From Scyliorhinus canicula (taxonomy: Eukaryota), in NCBI RefSeq assembly GCF_902713615.1, contig NC_052155.1, forward strand, positions 46,193,404-46,257,403: DNA of 64,000 nucleotides. The letters run 5' to 3'. The notes beneath the pieces are model-generated. The model made no database searches. It was not told where the DNA came from and saw nothing but the letters and a program-made list of their open reading frames with translations. Below are positions 61,885 to 64,000 of this stretch, piece by piece. A program made the position numbers and the translations under genes. Each line of letters starts with the position of its first letter. Position 1 is the first letter of the stretch.

Positions 61885-62921
61885 TCCGGACCACCACTTC
61901 TCAAAGGAAAACAGCCCAAACTTCTCCAGTCCTTCTAAGTAACTGAAGTTCCTCATCACTGGAACCTTTCTCATGAATATTTTGTGCACTCTCTTCACAT
62001 CATTCCTAAAGTCCAGTGCTCAGAATTGGACCCAGTACCTGAGGCCAAACCAGTATTCCAAAGTAACTTTGTCATTTTTGTACTTGGTGCCCCTATTAGT
62101 AAAGCCAAGGTGCTGTATTAACTGTTCTCAGCCTGTCCTGCAACTTTCATGGCACAGTGGTTACCACACAGCTCCAGGGACCTGGGTTCAATTCCGGACT
62201 TGCCTGTGTGGAGTTTGTACCATCTCCCTATCTCTGCGTGGGTTTCCTCCTCTGTGCAGATTAGGTGGATTGACCATGCTAATTTGCCCCTTCGTGATCA
62301 AAGATGTGCAGGTTGGGTGGGGTTACGTGGATAGGGTGGGTGAGCGGGCTCAGGTAGGGTGCTTTCTCAGAGGGTGGTGCAGACTCGATGGACCAAATGA
62401 CCACCTGAACTAGGGATTCTATGATTCAATGACTTATGCACGTATGCACCAGTTCCTTTGTTTTTGCACCTCGTTTAAAGTTGGATGCTTTGTTTTACAT
62501 TGTCTCTTACATTATTTACACCAATATTAATCACATTACGTTTCTCTGAACTAAATTTTGTCTGCCATTTGTTCACTTTGCATCCGTCTTTACCAAAGAA
62601 GTAGATGTTACCCAGCACATGGTGACAGACGAGGAATTTATTTCCCCAGAAGAGTTCAAAATTGATCAGGAGTGCTGAATAGACTTGGTACTGAAAATTG
62701 GCACGGTGCCATGACCAGGGCGACAGTGGTTAGCACTGCTATCTCACAACAACAGGGACCCAGTTTTGATTCCTGCATTGGTTGACTGTCTGTGTGGAGT
62801 TTGCACGTTCTCCCCATGTCTGTGTGGGTTTTCTTCAGCTGTTCCGGTTTCCTTCCACAGTTCAAAGATGTGCAAGTTGGGTGGATTGGCAATGATCAAT
62901 GCCTGGGTTACAGGGATGGAG

Positions 62922-63736
62922 CAGGGGTTTTCAAAATCAGGTTCGGGAGGGTCTCGGCGTTCTCGATCGCGGGAGGAATGGCCAACTGCTGCGACCGGCC
63001 TTTAGAAATGGCAGCAGCAACGGACTTTTGAGATTGCCGGGCATCGCACGCATGCGTTCCGGATCAAGCTGTGTGCAGACCCTGAGCGCAGTGGGGTGGA
63101 CAGCCTCCTCTTGTTGTCAGCGCACTGTCCAGGTCAGTTTTCGTTTTCAGAAATGGACCAAGTCCTCCCACCGAGAGTGGCGGCAGAGAGTAGGTCACCT
63201 GCCCCGTGCGCTGACATCACATTTTCTGTGCACGTGAGAGATTCCTCCATTTTGCAGCTGCCAGCAGTGCTGGTATGAACTCTTGGACCTCTGGTGAAAA
63301 ACCCATGAAGCAGAAGCTGAAAACAGGAGCACAGCAACATAAAGATGATTACTTGAGGTATGGGTTCATAATTGTTCCACTGCAAATCAGAATTCAAAGT
63401 CCAAGCGTGTTATATGCAGGGAAGCACTGGCAAATGAAAGTTTAAAACTCTCTCTTCCAAAGACATTTGAAGTCTAAATATGGTGAGTTCGAGGACAAAC
63501 CTCTACAATTTTTTAAACAGATGCAGTGAGATCTTAAATCATCAGCGAAAGTTGTCAGAAATGTAGCATAATAACAAAGCAAGTGACATCACGAGTAACA
63601 AGCAGGCTCACCTGTCACATTATAGGTATGTGAAAAAGGCTGGCCGACTTGGGTCACGAAAGTTGACCAGTGTCTGTCCCGAAGGATGGCTAGTTGGCAA
63701 AAATGGGTCCCTGGCAAATAGGTTTGACGTACATTG
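62922..63736 (+). mobile_element. Non-autonomous hAT (Buster/Charlie-type) DNA transposon remnant inserted in a V-SINE
   Basis: Starts CAGGGGTTTTCAAA. Frameshifted KDDYLRYGFI...RVICREALANESLK..QRHLKSKYGEFEDKPLQFF resembles the Buster-type BED-finger N-terminus. V-SINE sequence resumes at 63737. Confidence 0.75.
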
Positions 63737-63814
63737 AAGTAGAGTGCTCTTTCGGAGGGTCGGTTTAGACTTGATGGCCTGAATGGTCTCCTATTGCACT
63801 GTAGGGATTCTATG

Positions 63815-64000
63815 CATGGGATCCAAAGATATTGAAGTAATAATGGAAATTGCAGAGGCGCTGGCCATAATCTTGCAATCTTCTCTCTGCCCAGGTGAGT
63901 TGCCCGAAGACTGGAGAATTGCAAAAGTTACACCCTTGTTCAAAAAAGGTTGTCCGGATAGCCCCAGCAATTACAGGCCAGTAGTTTAATATCAGTGGTG
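63815..64000 (+). mobile_element. CR1 ORF2 fragment (runs off window)
   Basis: EIAEALAIILQSSLCPGELPEDWRIAKVTPLFKKG..D.PSNYRPV. Confidence 0.85.

Noticed and set aside
61635-61998. Poly-Leu, poly-Arg and poly-Gly ORFs
   Set aside because: Translations of the (TCC)n microsatellite.

Overview
Eukaryotic genomic DNA, most likely from a shark or other elasmobranch. That assignment is an inference from the repeat repertoire (HE1-like V-SINEs, HER1/CR1 LINEs, DeuSINE-like copies). The window lies inside one + strand gene encoding a STE20/GCK-VI kinase, most likely OXSR1 (paralog STK39/SPAK). Three coding exons are present (14757-14869, 47543-47651, 57515-57656), with canonical AG/GT boundaries and matching phases. 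The first exon and all exons after the HRD motif lie outside the window. The remainder is intron packed with degraded, often nested transposons: CR1, L1, Rex1/Babar, L2-like and RTE LINEs, several tRNA-derived SINE families, LTR-like relics and a hAT remnant. Nearly all ORFs in the supplied track are TE fragments or noise. The most interesting observations are: (1) small foldback elements carrying back-to-back minimal hammerhead-ribozyme motifs of the Penelope type; (2) a single V-SINE body found with three different 3' modules matching CR1, Rex1/Babar and poly(A)/L1-type insertion; (3) three CR1 copies that break at the same ORF1 position, each followed by an inverted CR1 3' end; (4) a clean antisense 51-nt exon candidate; (5) a near-consensus CTCF site before exon 3. 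TE boundaries were read by eye and are approximate unless target-site duplications (TSDs) are quoted.
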